Assembly: GCA_965215515.1 (NCBI GenBank)
Contig: OZ244057.1
Coordinates: forward strand, 1,994,514 to 2,058,513
Length of the DNA stretch: 64,000 nt
Reading direction: 5' to 3'
From: Oligoflexales bacterium
Lineage (GTDB): Bacteria; Bdellovibrionota_B; Oligoflexia; Oligoflexales; JAPPIL01
The notes under the pieces are model-generated. The model ran no database searches and was not told where the DNA came from. It was given only the letters and a program-made list of their open reading frames with translations. The position numbers and the translations under genes were made by a program. Below, piece by piece: positions 27,799 through 35,673 of the stretch. The number at the start of each line of letters is the position of its first letter. Position 1 is the first letter of the stretch.

Positions 27799-30030
27799 TT
27801 ATTGAAAATCAAACATAAAGCGACCTTCGACACAATCGACGGTGACTTGACGGCTGTGTTTAGCCTGCTTGTTGAATAGTAGTTCTTTCGCCAGTGGTTT
27901 CTTGATGTAATCCTGCACTGCACGGTAAAGAGGTCGTGCTCCTTGACTGCGGTCGTAGCCCAGCTTGCCGAGCTGCCGTTGGGCGGCGGGGGTGACTTGA
28001 AGATGTAAGTCACGTTCCTGCAAACGATGCGTTAGTTCCTGCAAAAACTTAGCAACAATCTTCGTGACCATCGCTTCACCCAATGGACGGAAAAACACTA
28101 CGCGGTCGAGACGGTTGCGAAATTCAGGCGTGAAGCCCCCTTTGACCGCTTCGGCGTTTTTGTCATCATCGCCTGCACGCCCGAAACCGATCGTATCACC
28201 CATCATCTCTGCAGCATGCACGTTAGTGGTCATAATCAAGATAATATTGCGGAAATCTGACTTACGTCCACTGCTGTCGGTCAGCATACCGTAATCCATC
28301 ACCTGTAACAACACACTGTGCAGATCTACGTGCGCCTTTTCTATTTCATCGAGCAACAACACCGCATGCGGAGTGCGGTTGACCGCATCGGTCAACTGGC
28401 CACCCTGCTCGAATCCCACATAGCCAGGCGGTGCACCGATCAAACGTGACACCATGTGCTTCTCCATGTATTCGCTCATGTCAAAACGAATAAACCCGAT
28501 ACCGAGCAACTTACCCAACTGCCGTGCCAACTCGGTTTTGCCTACGCCCGTTGCACCAGAGAAAAGAAAACTGCCGACAGGACGGGTGCGGTCTTCGATT
28601 CCCGCACGCGACAACAACACCGTCTCACACACCGCCGCGATCGCCTCGTCCTGCCCAAAAATCAATCCCTGCAGACGTGTCTCGAGATCAGCCAACTCCT
28701 CTCGGTCTTGCAGGCTGACTTCCTCAACAGGAATTTTGGCAATCGACGCGACGGTTTTCTGCACGTGTTTTTCCAGCACTCGCACCCTTCGTCCACTACC
28801 TGCAAGTGCCAGCGATGCACCTACCTCATCGATGATGTCGATCGCCTTGTCAGGCAACTGCCTGTCCTGCATGTAACGTGAGGAAAGATCGACCGCGGCC
28901 TGCAACGCTTCCTTGCTGTAGCGCACTTTGTGGTATTCCTCGTAACGATCCTTCAAACCCTGCAAGATCTGCATCACTTCCGCAGTACTCGGTTCGCCGA
29001 TGTCTATTTTTTGGAAACGACGCGCAAACGCTGGTTCGTTCTCGATATGCTGACGATACTCGCTAAAGGTAGTCGCCCCGATAATTCGTAAACCTGAAGT
29101 CGTCAACAACGGTTTCAAAATATGAGATGCATCGAGCGCACTACTGCCCGTAGCACCCGCCCCGATAATCGTGTGCAGCTCATCGATAAACAAAATCGGA
29201 CTCGGCTGCCGTTCCAACTCCTTCAACACACCTGTGAAACGTTCCTCAAAATCCCCCCGATAGCGCGAGCCCGCTAACAACAACCCTAAATCAAGGGCAA
29301 AGAGACTCGCTTTCTGCAACCGCGGTGGCACTTTGTGGGTGACGAGCAAATGTGCCAACCCCTCAGCGATAGCCGTTTTTCCCACCCCCGCATCGCCGAC
29401 ATACAACGGGTTGTTCTTGTGACGGCGACACAACACTTGCATCGTGCGCTGTAGTTCGCTCTCCCGCCCAATAAGAGGATCGAATACTTTGCCGCGAGCC
29501 GCTTTGCACAAGTCGGTGGTAAACAACGCGAGCGGGTTGCGCGAGGCCACTGTCACACTGGCACGAGACGCAGCGTGCTCCGCAGTCCACTCTCCCTCTG
29601 CGGCAGTTTTGCCTTGCGAGATGAAACTAACCACATCATAACGCCTGATGTTGTTGCTGTGCAGGATATGCACAGCATGCGAAGAGGTCTCCGACAGCAT
29701 CGCCACCAAAATAGCGTCGGTTTGTAGTTTCTTAATCCCTGCCCGCTGCATGTGACCCGTGGCACGCTGGAGAACACGCCGAAAAGCAATCGTCAACCTC
29801 GCCTCCTGATCTTCCACCAGCTTGCCCTTGGGTAAATGGCGGGCGAGAAATTCCTCCAAGCGAGTTTTCATGTTATCGACAGAACCACCGCACGCGGCAA
29901 TTATTTTTTTGATGTGGAGATCATCGACCATCACCAAGAGCAGATGCTCGATCGTGACAAACTCATGCCCCGCTTTGGTAGCATCCTTGATGGCGTTATT
30001 GATGGCTAATTCTGCTTCAGAACTGATCAT
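27799..30030 (-). CDS. clpA: ATP-dependent Clp protease ATP-binding subunit ClpA
   Basis: A single N-domain (HEFVTIEHLLLVMV) and two AAA modules (GDAGVGKTA, GATGVGKTE) are present. The length is 743 aa and the gene lies directly downstream of clpS. Confidence 0.93.
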   Translation of the reverse strand: MISSEAELAINNAIKDATKAGHEFVTIEHLLLVMVDDLHIKKIIAACGGSVDNMKTRLEEFLARHLPKGKLVEDQEARLTIAFRRVLQRATGHMQRAGIKKLQTDAILVAMLSETSSHAVHILHSNNIRRYDVVSFISQGKTAAEGEWTAEHAASRASVTVASRNPLALFTTDLCKAARGKVFDPLIGRESELQRTMQVLCRRHKNNPLYVGDAGVGKTAIAEGLAHLLVTHKVPPRLQKASLFALDLGLLLAGSRYRGDFEERFTGVLKELERQPSPILFIDELHTIIGAGATGSSALDASHILKPLLTTSGLRIIGATTFSEYRQHIENEPAFARRFQKIDIGEPSTAEVMQILQGLKDRYEEYHKVRYSKEALQAAVDLSSRYMQDRQLPDKAIDIIDEVGASLALAGSGRRVRVLEKHVQKTVASIAKIPVEEVSLQDREELADLETRLQGLIFGQDEAIAAVCETVLLSRAGIEDRTRPVGSFLFSGATGVGKTELARQLGKLLGIGFIRFDMSEYMEKHMVSRLIGAPPGYVGFEQGGQLTDAVNRTPHAVLLLDEIEKAHVDLHSVLLQVMDYGMLTDSSGRKSDFRNIILIMTTNVHAAEMMGDTIGFGRAGDDDKNAEAVKGGFTPEFRNRLDRVVFFRPLGEAMVTKIVAKFLQELTHRLQERDLHLQVTPAAQRQLGKLGYDRSQGARPLYRAVQDYIKKPLAKELLFNKQAKHSRQVTVDCVEGRFMFDFQ

Positions 30031-30388
30031 CTGCCACTACCATCGTGCACTGCAACGGGTGCTTATGCTTTTTGGCATACTCACTTACCTCCGCCACCTT
30101 CGTCTCCGCGATCTCAAACGGATACACACCTCCTAGACCGACACCCAAACGATGAATGCTTATCACCACCTCCGTCGCTTGACTGCGTTCTTGATCGAAG
30201 AAAATCTCCAACACCTCGACAACAAACTCTTTCGGGGTATAATCATCGTTGTGCAGCAACACATGATACAGGGGCGGCTCAGTCGTCTGCAATCCTCCAC
30301 CCTCCTGCACATCGGCGAGCACTTCTTGCGCCCCGTGCTCAAGCAACAACCCGCTACTAACCTCGTTCAGCTTATCGACATCCATCAT
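30017..30388 (-). CDS. clpS: ATP-dependent Clp protease adaptor ClpS
   Basis: LYHVLLHNDDYTPKEFVVEVLEIFF is present. The gene overlaps the clpA start. Confidence 0.9.
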   Translation of the reverse strand: MMDVDKLNEVSSGLLLEHGAQEVLADVQEGGGLQTTEPPLYHVLLHNDDYTPKEFVVEVLEIFFDQERSQATEVVISIHRLGVGLGGVYPFEIAETKVAEVSEYAKKHKHPLQCTMVVADDQF

Positions 30389-30411
30389 ACCCCTCCGCGT
30401 TCGAGCAGATA

Positions 30412-31407
30412 CTATCTCACTATCTGATTAATTTCATCCACAACATCCACACCAGAAGTTTTTTGTCGCAAAATCACCAGAAAACGCCGCGAGGACGGGT
30501 TGAGCTGCCGTGCCAATTTCTCCACACAGGCGAACTGCACCCAATACGGCAGACGTGCCAGTAATTGTGCTAACTGCCCAGCATGTTTATCATAGTAGAC
30601 CGCCAACACCTGCTGTGCCGCCTCCGCCAAGGCAGGGTTGCGAGATACAACATAGCTGAAGAGCACCCTCAACTGAGGGTGCTGGACGGTGACGGGGTAC
30701 AGGCGCAGATGCTGCAACATCAGGAGACGCAGAGGGATGTTGTGCACCGCGGGTAACCTCTGACGCAAGGAGGCGGGGGACACATCGGCCAGGTAGGCAA
30801 GAAAATCCTCGCTGGCACGGTGAGGGTTGAGCTTCAGTAACGCACGGGCAAAATCCTTGTTGTGTGTCCCCTGTAAACCCTGCCGCACAAACGTATAACC
30901 CTCGTTCACCCGATTGGCCGCGACAGCAGCCGCCACCTGCGGAAAAAATAACGCCCGCTCCCGCCCCTGTCGCAGAGCTTGCTCCAAAGTTTGTGTGATG
31001 GACACAGCCATGCGCGACGACGGCATCAAAGTAGCAACCTGCCACCCCGTCTGCAATAACACCGCATGCCGCTGTTCAGGAGCAGTTAACAAAACAAAAA
31101 TACGCGGGGCATGGGGGTCAGCGGTCAATTGATAGAGGTGCAGTATCGCTACCAGCCCTACCACCTCCCCGCGCCGCAACATACGAGGCACTGCCGCCGC
31201 AATGTGCTTGCCTGCCGCAGCTAGACGCTGTTCCCTCTGGAGCTGCCGATACACAGGCCGCAGAGCCTTGCCGCCGTGTGTCCGCACCGCTGCTACCAGC
31301 TCGGCAACACTCAAACCCTCGTAGCTCTGCGGCAGACCATCGTCCAAGCGCATCAAGGTCGCACAAGAGGTTAGCAGCACACCCCCTAGCAGAATTCGCC
31401 ATGCCAT
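30412..31407 (-). CDS. Hypothetical helical-repeat lipoprotein
   Basis: The signal and lipobox read MAWRILLGGVLLTSC. The composition is Ala/Leu/Arg-rich and helical. The start overlaps the upstream stop (TGATG). Confidence 0.5.
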   Translation of the reverse strand: MAWRILLGGVLLTSCATLMRLDDGLPQSYEGLSVAELVAAVRTHGGKALRPVYRQLQREQRLAAAGKHIAAAVPRMLRRGEVVGLVAILHLYQLTADPHAPRIFVLLTAPEQRHAVLLQTGWQVATLMPSSRMAVSITQTLEQALRQGRERALFFPQVAAAVAANRVNEGYTFVRQGLQGTHNKDFARALLKLNPHRASEDFLAYLADVSPASLRQRLPAVHNIPLRLLMLQHLRLYPVTVQHPQLRVLFSYVVSRNPALAEAAQQVLAVYYDKHAGQLAQLLARLPYWVQFACVEKLARQLNPSSRRFLVILRQKTSGVDVVDEINQIVR

Positions 31408-31802
31408 CACCCGTTTACCTCCACAGCCAGCATCTTGCCAAAAACACCCGCGGGGAAACTACCCGTCGCGGGTGTCTCAGTCTTGATAGTCAGCACACAA
31501 CCGCCACCTCGGCAGGGACATACCCGCATAGATTGTATCCCGTATTGCCGATAAAAATCTAAAAAACCCCGCACATCGACCAACACAGGCGGCAACGGTA
31601 CTGCCCTCTGGACATGCAGCTCGATCTCACACAACGTTGCAAAACGCCGCACAAAAACAAGCGGGCAAAGACATAGTTTCTCACCTGAACGCTGAGTTTT
31701 GAGCAGCGCACACAGAAAATCACGCTCGTGAAACAACCGCCGCAACAAGTACAGGAGCACCAAAAACACCAGTGCCGAGCTCAGGTGCAGGAAGAGCGAC
31801 AT
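31407..31802 (-). CDS. Small (about 131 aa) single-TM Cys-rich hypothetical protein
   Basis: ATG 31802 is preceded by the strong SD GGGGAGG at a 5-nt spacing. The TM segment reads MSLFLHLSSALVFLVLLYLL. Cys motifs are CLCP and CPCRGGGC. The gene overlaps the last 22 nt of the upstream protease gene. Confidence 0.5.
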   Translation of the reverse strand: MSLFLHLSSALVFLVLLYLLRRLFHERDFLCALLKTQRSGEKLCLCPLVFVRRFATLCEIELHVQRAVPLPPVLVDVRGFLDFYRQYGIQSMRVCPCRGGGCVLTIKTETPATGSFPAGVFGKMLAVEVNG

Positions 31803-33736
31803 CGCTGCCTCCCCGCACCCAACAGTGGCAACAACAGCAACAACGACAGCGGATAGGCAGACACGTCGGCATCGACAGTGCCGCACGCGACGATATCCAC
31901 CCGATGGACAGGGTCTTGAGCGATAATATCCTGCGCGGGGGTCACCTCCCCCCGCACCGCGGTATCTGCGTCGAGCAGCCCAAAACCGAGCAACGGCACG
32001 GGGTGTTCGGTGTTGTCGAGTTTAGCTAAGTAGTGAGTTCTGTTGCGGTTATGCCTGAAAAGGTCTTTGTTCTTCTCCTTGTCGGGGTACAGCTTGTCAG
32101 GGTTGGAGCTAAAAAGAAGACGATTCTCAATCTGCTCAGCACTCAACGGCTCCGCCCGTACCGCGACCATCAAACCCGCCACACCCGCGACTACAGGGGT
32201 AGCCATAGATGTGCCCGCCTGCTTCTCGTAGCCATCGCCTGGCACGGTCGAGCAGATCCTGCTGGTACTGCTACCGCCTGGGGCGGCGATGTCCACCCAC
32301 ATGCCGAAGTTAGAGAACCTTGACTTACTGCCGTTCGCACCCGTAGCGGACACTGCCAGCACATCTTTGAGGGCGGCGGGATAGGTACGTGCCATCGTGT
32401 CCTCGTTGCCAGCTGCACCGACAACCAATACTCCCTTGCCTTCGTCAGTACTGGCCTTGTGCTTGAGGTTGTTGATCAACAGTGCCACCGCCCGTGAGCG
32501 GTGGAATTTGCCGATGGAAGCGTTGATGACGCGCACTTCGATTCTTTTCCGCCACAGCTCGTGGACGTACTTCAGACCATTCAGGATAGAGGTATCGGTA
32601 ACACCGCCTGTTCTGCTGTCCTCAGGACCTCCTGCCCCTACTCCCGTCAATACCCTGATGTTGATAATTTTGCAAAAAGGGCACACACCAGCTATCTTAC
32701 AGTTGTTACCGCCGTCCGCCCCCACCCCACCGTCAGCGGCAATAATGCCAGCCACGTGCGTACCGTGCGAACAGGAGGCAAAGCCTACATCATCCCCGCC
32801 GCGCGGACACGCACCGCCTTCGGCCTTGTCGAGTCGCTTCGCCCAGTGAGGGTTTGTGCCCCACGGACGTGCATGCCCGTCACCCAGCTCGCCCTTCAGG
32901 GGGTTGGTGGTGTTGCAGCCGTGTCGGTCATCACCACACGCGAGGTCGTACCTAGTAGCGAGCTGTAACATTTTGCTCTTCAGGGCGGGATGTTCGTGGT
33001 CAATCCCGCTGTCGAAGATCGCGACGATCGTCTGGTTGACATCATCCCAGCTGCGATAGTTGCTGTCGTCATCCTTGACAGCTTGAGCGATGTTGCCGAA
33101 GGCATCGGCGAGGTTGATCTCCTTGTGCCACCAAAAGTTCTCGCTGCGGTGCATCTGGTAACTGTCGTATTCCCTGCGCAAGGCATCGTAGTCAGTAACA
33201 TTCTCTGGTTGGGAAGAATCTTCCTCCGACTCTGAGGGGTCTTCCTCTACCAGACCAATATAGACAGGCTCGGCAAAATAAATATCACCCCGTGCCTGCC
33301 AGTGTTGAAGGTGCGCGGCAGCCAGGGCGTTGGAGGCAAACCTGACCTCGACGATAATCCCCGTCGGCGGACGCTCACCTTGCTGCCAGTTGAGTGTGTC
33401 GAGCGGGAGAAATGTGTTGTCCTGCATGGAAGGCAATGTCACCGCACTGATCAACCTGATGTCTGTGATGCCCGCATCGTAGTGGTACATCTCGTTGAGG
33501 AAGGGGGAGAAATGAACAGTTTCGGCACGATAGCCGACGAAACTTTCCCGCGCCAAGCCTGGCAGCGACTTGAAGAGAACGATGTAGCGGTTAGCCACAA
33601 CCTGCAGCGTGTCGATCTGCTCCTGTGTCGCGATTACTACCGCGGGTAGCGAAGTGTCCCTTTGCGGCGGGGATGCGCCGCAGGAAAGTTGCCATAGAGT
33701 GCAGAAAAGAGCATAGTAGAGAGAGCTGGTGCGCAT
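31781..33736 (-). CDS. Secreted subtilisin-family (S8) serine protease with a C-terminal sorting-signal-like tail
   Basis: The catalytic triad appears as VAIFDSGIDHEHPAL (D), SHGTHVAGIIAA (H) and AGTSMATPVVAGVAGLM (S). There is an N-terminal signal. The C-terminus reads ACGTVDADVSAYPLSLLLLLPLLGAGRQRCR, which is a Cys motif, a hydrophobic helix and a basic cluster. Confidence 0.88.
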   Translation of the reverse strand: MRTSSLYYALFCTLWQLSCGASPPQRDTSLPAVVIATQEQIDTLQVVANRYIVLFKSLPGLARESFVGYRAETVHFSPFLNEMYHYDAGITDIRLISAVTLPSMQDNTFLPLDTLNWQQGERPPTGIIVEVRFASNALAAAHLQHWQARGDIYFAEPVYIGLVEEDPSESEEDSSQPENVTDYDALRREYDSYQMHRSENFWWHKEINLADAFGNIAQAVKDDDSNYRSWDDVNQTIVAIFDSGIDHEHPALKSKMLQLATRYDLACGDDRHGCNTTNPLKGELGDGHARPWGTNPHWAKRLDKAEGGACPRGGDDVGFASCSHGTHVAGIIAADGGVGADGGNNCKIAGVCPFCKIINIRVLTGVGAGGPEDSRTGGVTDTSILNGLKYVHELWRKRIEVRVINASIGKFHRSRAVALLINNLKHKASTDEGKGVLVVGAAGNEDTMARTYPAALKDVLAVSATGANGSKSRFSNFGMWVDIAAPGGSSTSRICSTVPGDGYEKQAGTSMATPVVAGVAGLMVAVRAEPLSAEQIENRLLFSSNPDKLYPDKEKNKDLFRHNRNRTHYLAKLDNTEHPVPLLGFGLLDADTAVRGEVTPAQDIIAQDPVHRVDIVACGTVDADVSAYPLSLLLLLPLLGAGRQRCRSSCT

Positions 33737-33828
33737 GGGCGGTTGCTCGTCCGTGTCGGTGAATCAAGTCTCGCGACCATTCTACCAGACACGAGCGCGC
33801 AACTTGAACAACAAATTTTCACAGGCTT

Positions 33829-34932
33829 ATGGGCGAAGGAAAACACGGTGCACAGACGAGGGCTTGGCTCACAGAGCTGACCACAGAGTATCGCCGTATC
33901 TGTTATTCTTTTGCGGTACGGTTGACAGCTCCGATTATCCGTATCGCCGACCTGCCGTCTGCTTGGGGGATATGGCAAGCGCAGCCTCGCATGATTACCA
34001 TCGCCCACCGTCTGATTAGCGATTATCCTTGGAACACCGTTATTGAGGTGCTCAAGCACGAGATGGCACACCAGATGGTCGACGAAATCCATCACTGCAA
34101 CAACGAGCAGCACGGCGAGCTGTTCCGATCCTGCTGCCGTCAACTGGGAATGGCGAGCTGGTCGATGCGAGCCGAAATCGAACTGGGTGCACAGGTCTTC
34201 GCCCACGAAAGCGAGGCGGGTGATGTCAGCCACAGCCCCGTGCTGCGCAAGATCAAAAAACTCCTCGCCCTAGGCACTTCCAGCGAAAAGCACGAGGCTG
34301 AGCTAGCCATGCAGCGAGTACGCGAACTTTGCGACCGCCATAACCTCAAGTCTTTGCCCGAAGCAGACGATCGGTATGTTATGCAGATACTGAACCAACA
34401 CAAGCAACGCCTCAGTCGCACACAGTTGGCGATCTGCGGCCTGCTGACCAGCAACTTCGCGGTCAACGTTATCTGTGCATCGCTTTACAATGCGGCTGAC
34501 AACACCACTCACCGCACTATCGAACTGTTCGGACGGGCAGCCGAGGTCAAAATTGCCGAATACGTTTACAACTTCTTGCTACATCAGATTAGCCTGTCAT
34601 GGGACGAGGCACGCCGTGCTTTGCCCGCCTCAGCCCGCCGCAGCAAGAGTTCCTTCAGCGAAGGGCTGCTAGCAGGGTTTGCCCAAACGCTGGCACGCGC
34701 TGCCCAGACGGACAGTGCGCGGCAGGCACACGCGCTGACCGTGCAGCTGCGCACACAGGCGGTTGACTTCTCCAAAACACGCTGCCCACGAGTGCGGTCG
34801 GTCAGTGTCGGGAGCAGGCGCTATCGGCGGGACAGCTATACTCGTGGTTACGAGGCGGGTCGCCAACTCAAGCTACGGCCAGGCGTGGGGGAAGACGGTG
34901 AGCTGCGGTATCTTAAGGGAGGTTTGTCGTGA
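33829..34932 (+). CDS. SprT-like zinc metalloprotease domain protein with a DUF2786-like region
   Basis: VIEVLKHEMAHQMVDEI carries the HExxH motif in a SprT-like context (ITIAHRLISDYPWN). VLRKIKKLLALGTSSEKHEAELAMQRVRELCDRHNL matches the DUF2786 pattern. The stop overlaps the gmk start (GTGA). Confidence 0.6.
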   Translation: MGEGKHGAQTRAWLTELTTEYRRICYSFAVRLTAPIIRIADLPSAWGIWQAQPRMITIAHRLISDYPWNTVIEVLKHEMAHQMVDEIHHCNNEQHGELFRSCCRQLGMASWSMRAEIELGAQVFAHESEAGDVSHSPVLRKIKKLLALGTSSEKHEAELAMQRVRELCDRHNLKSLPEADDRYVMQILNQHKQRLSRTQLAICGLLTSNFAVNVICASLYNAADNTTHRTIELFGRAAEVKIAEYVYNFLLHQISLSWDEARRALPASARRSKSSFSEGLLAGFAQTLARAAQTDSARQAHALTVQLRTQAVDFSKTRCPRVRSVSVGSRRYRRDSYTRGYEAGRQLKLRPGVGEDGELRYLKGGLS

Positions 34933-35582
34933 AGAAACGTCTCGTCATCGTCTCAGCCCCTTCGGGCACGGGCAAAACTTCGCTCGACCTGTACGTGCAA
35001 CGCCACCATGCCGATCGTGTCACGATAGTACGCAGTTGCACCACCCGCCCCGCTCGCAGCGAGGGTACAGTGGAGAAAAGCTATCTGCACGTTACCCCGC
35101 AAGAATTCCAGCAGATGCGCACCGCAGGTGAGTTTATCGAGTGGGCGGAGGTTTTCGGCAACCTCTACGGCACAACTGAACACGAGGTCACACGTATTAC
35201 CGCAGCGGGCAAGACCGCTTTATTGGAAATCGATGTGCAGGGAGGACAACAGATAAAAACTAAATTTCCTGACAGCTTGGCTGTTTTTATCCTTCCTCCG
35301 AGCATCGCGGAATTGCACCGTCGCCTGACGCAACGCGGGACAGACACGGCTGCCGCACAGCAGAAACGTTTACAAGCAGCCTGTGTCGAGATTCAGCGCG
35401 GGCGCACCTATGATTGTTTCATGGTCAACGCTGATTTTGCCACCTCTTGCACAGAGCTGGAAAATATCGTCTTGCAGCGCCATGCTCCACGCCTCACACG
35501 AACGCAGGGGATTGCTTGCTGTGATCGTTTGGTGGAGGAATTTCAGCAGTATGACTGGCAACGCACCGCGGAGGTAGGTTGA
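34929..35582 (+). CDS. gmk: Guanylate kinase
   Basis: The P-loop is SAPSGTGKTS. TTRPARSEG and EWAEVFGNLYGT are also present. Confidence 0.9.
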   Translation: MKKRLVIVSAPSGTGKTSLDLYVQRHHADRVTIVRSCTTRPARSEGTVEKSYLHVTPQEFQQMRTAGEFIEWAEVFGNLYGTTEHEVTRITAAGKTALLEIDVQGGQQIKTKFPDSLAVFILPPSIAELHRRLTQRGTDTAAAQQKRLQAACVEIQRGRTYDCFMVNADFATSCTELENIVLQRHAPRLTRTQGIACCDRLVEEFQQYDWQRTAEVG

Positions 35583-35673
35583 AAAAAATATCTTTGTGCT
35601 CTAGACAAGGAAATAGCTACCCGCACTAAGCGTTGCCTGTGAGGGGCAATGCCAGCAGAGATGAGGTGTCGAA

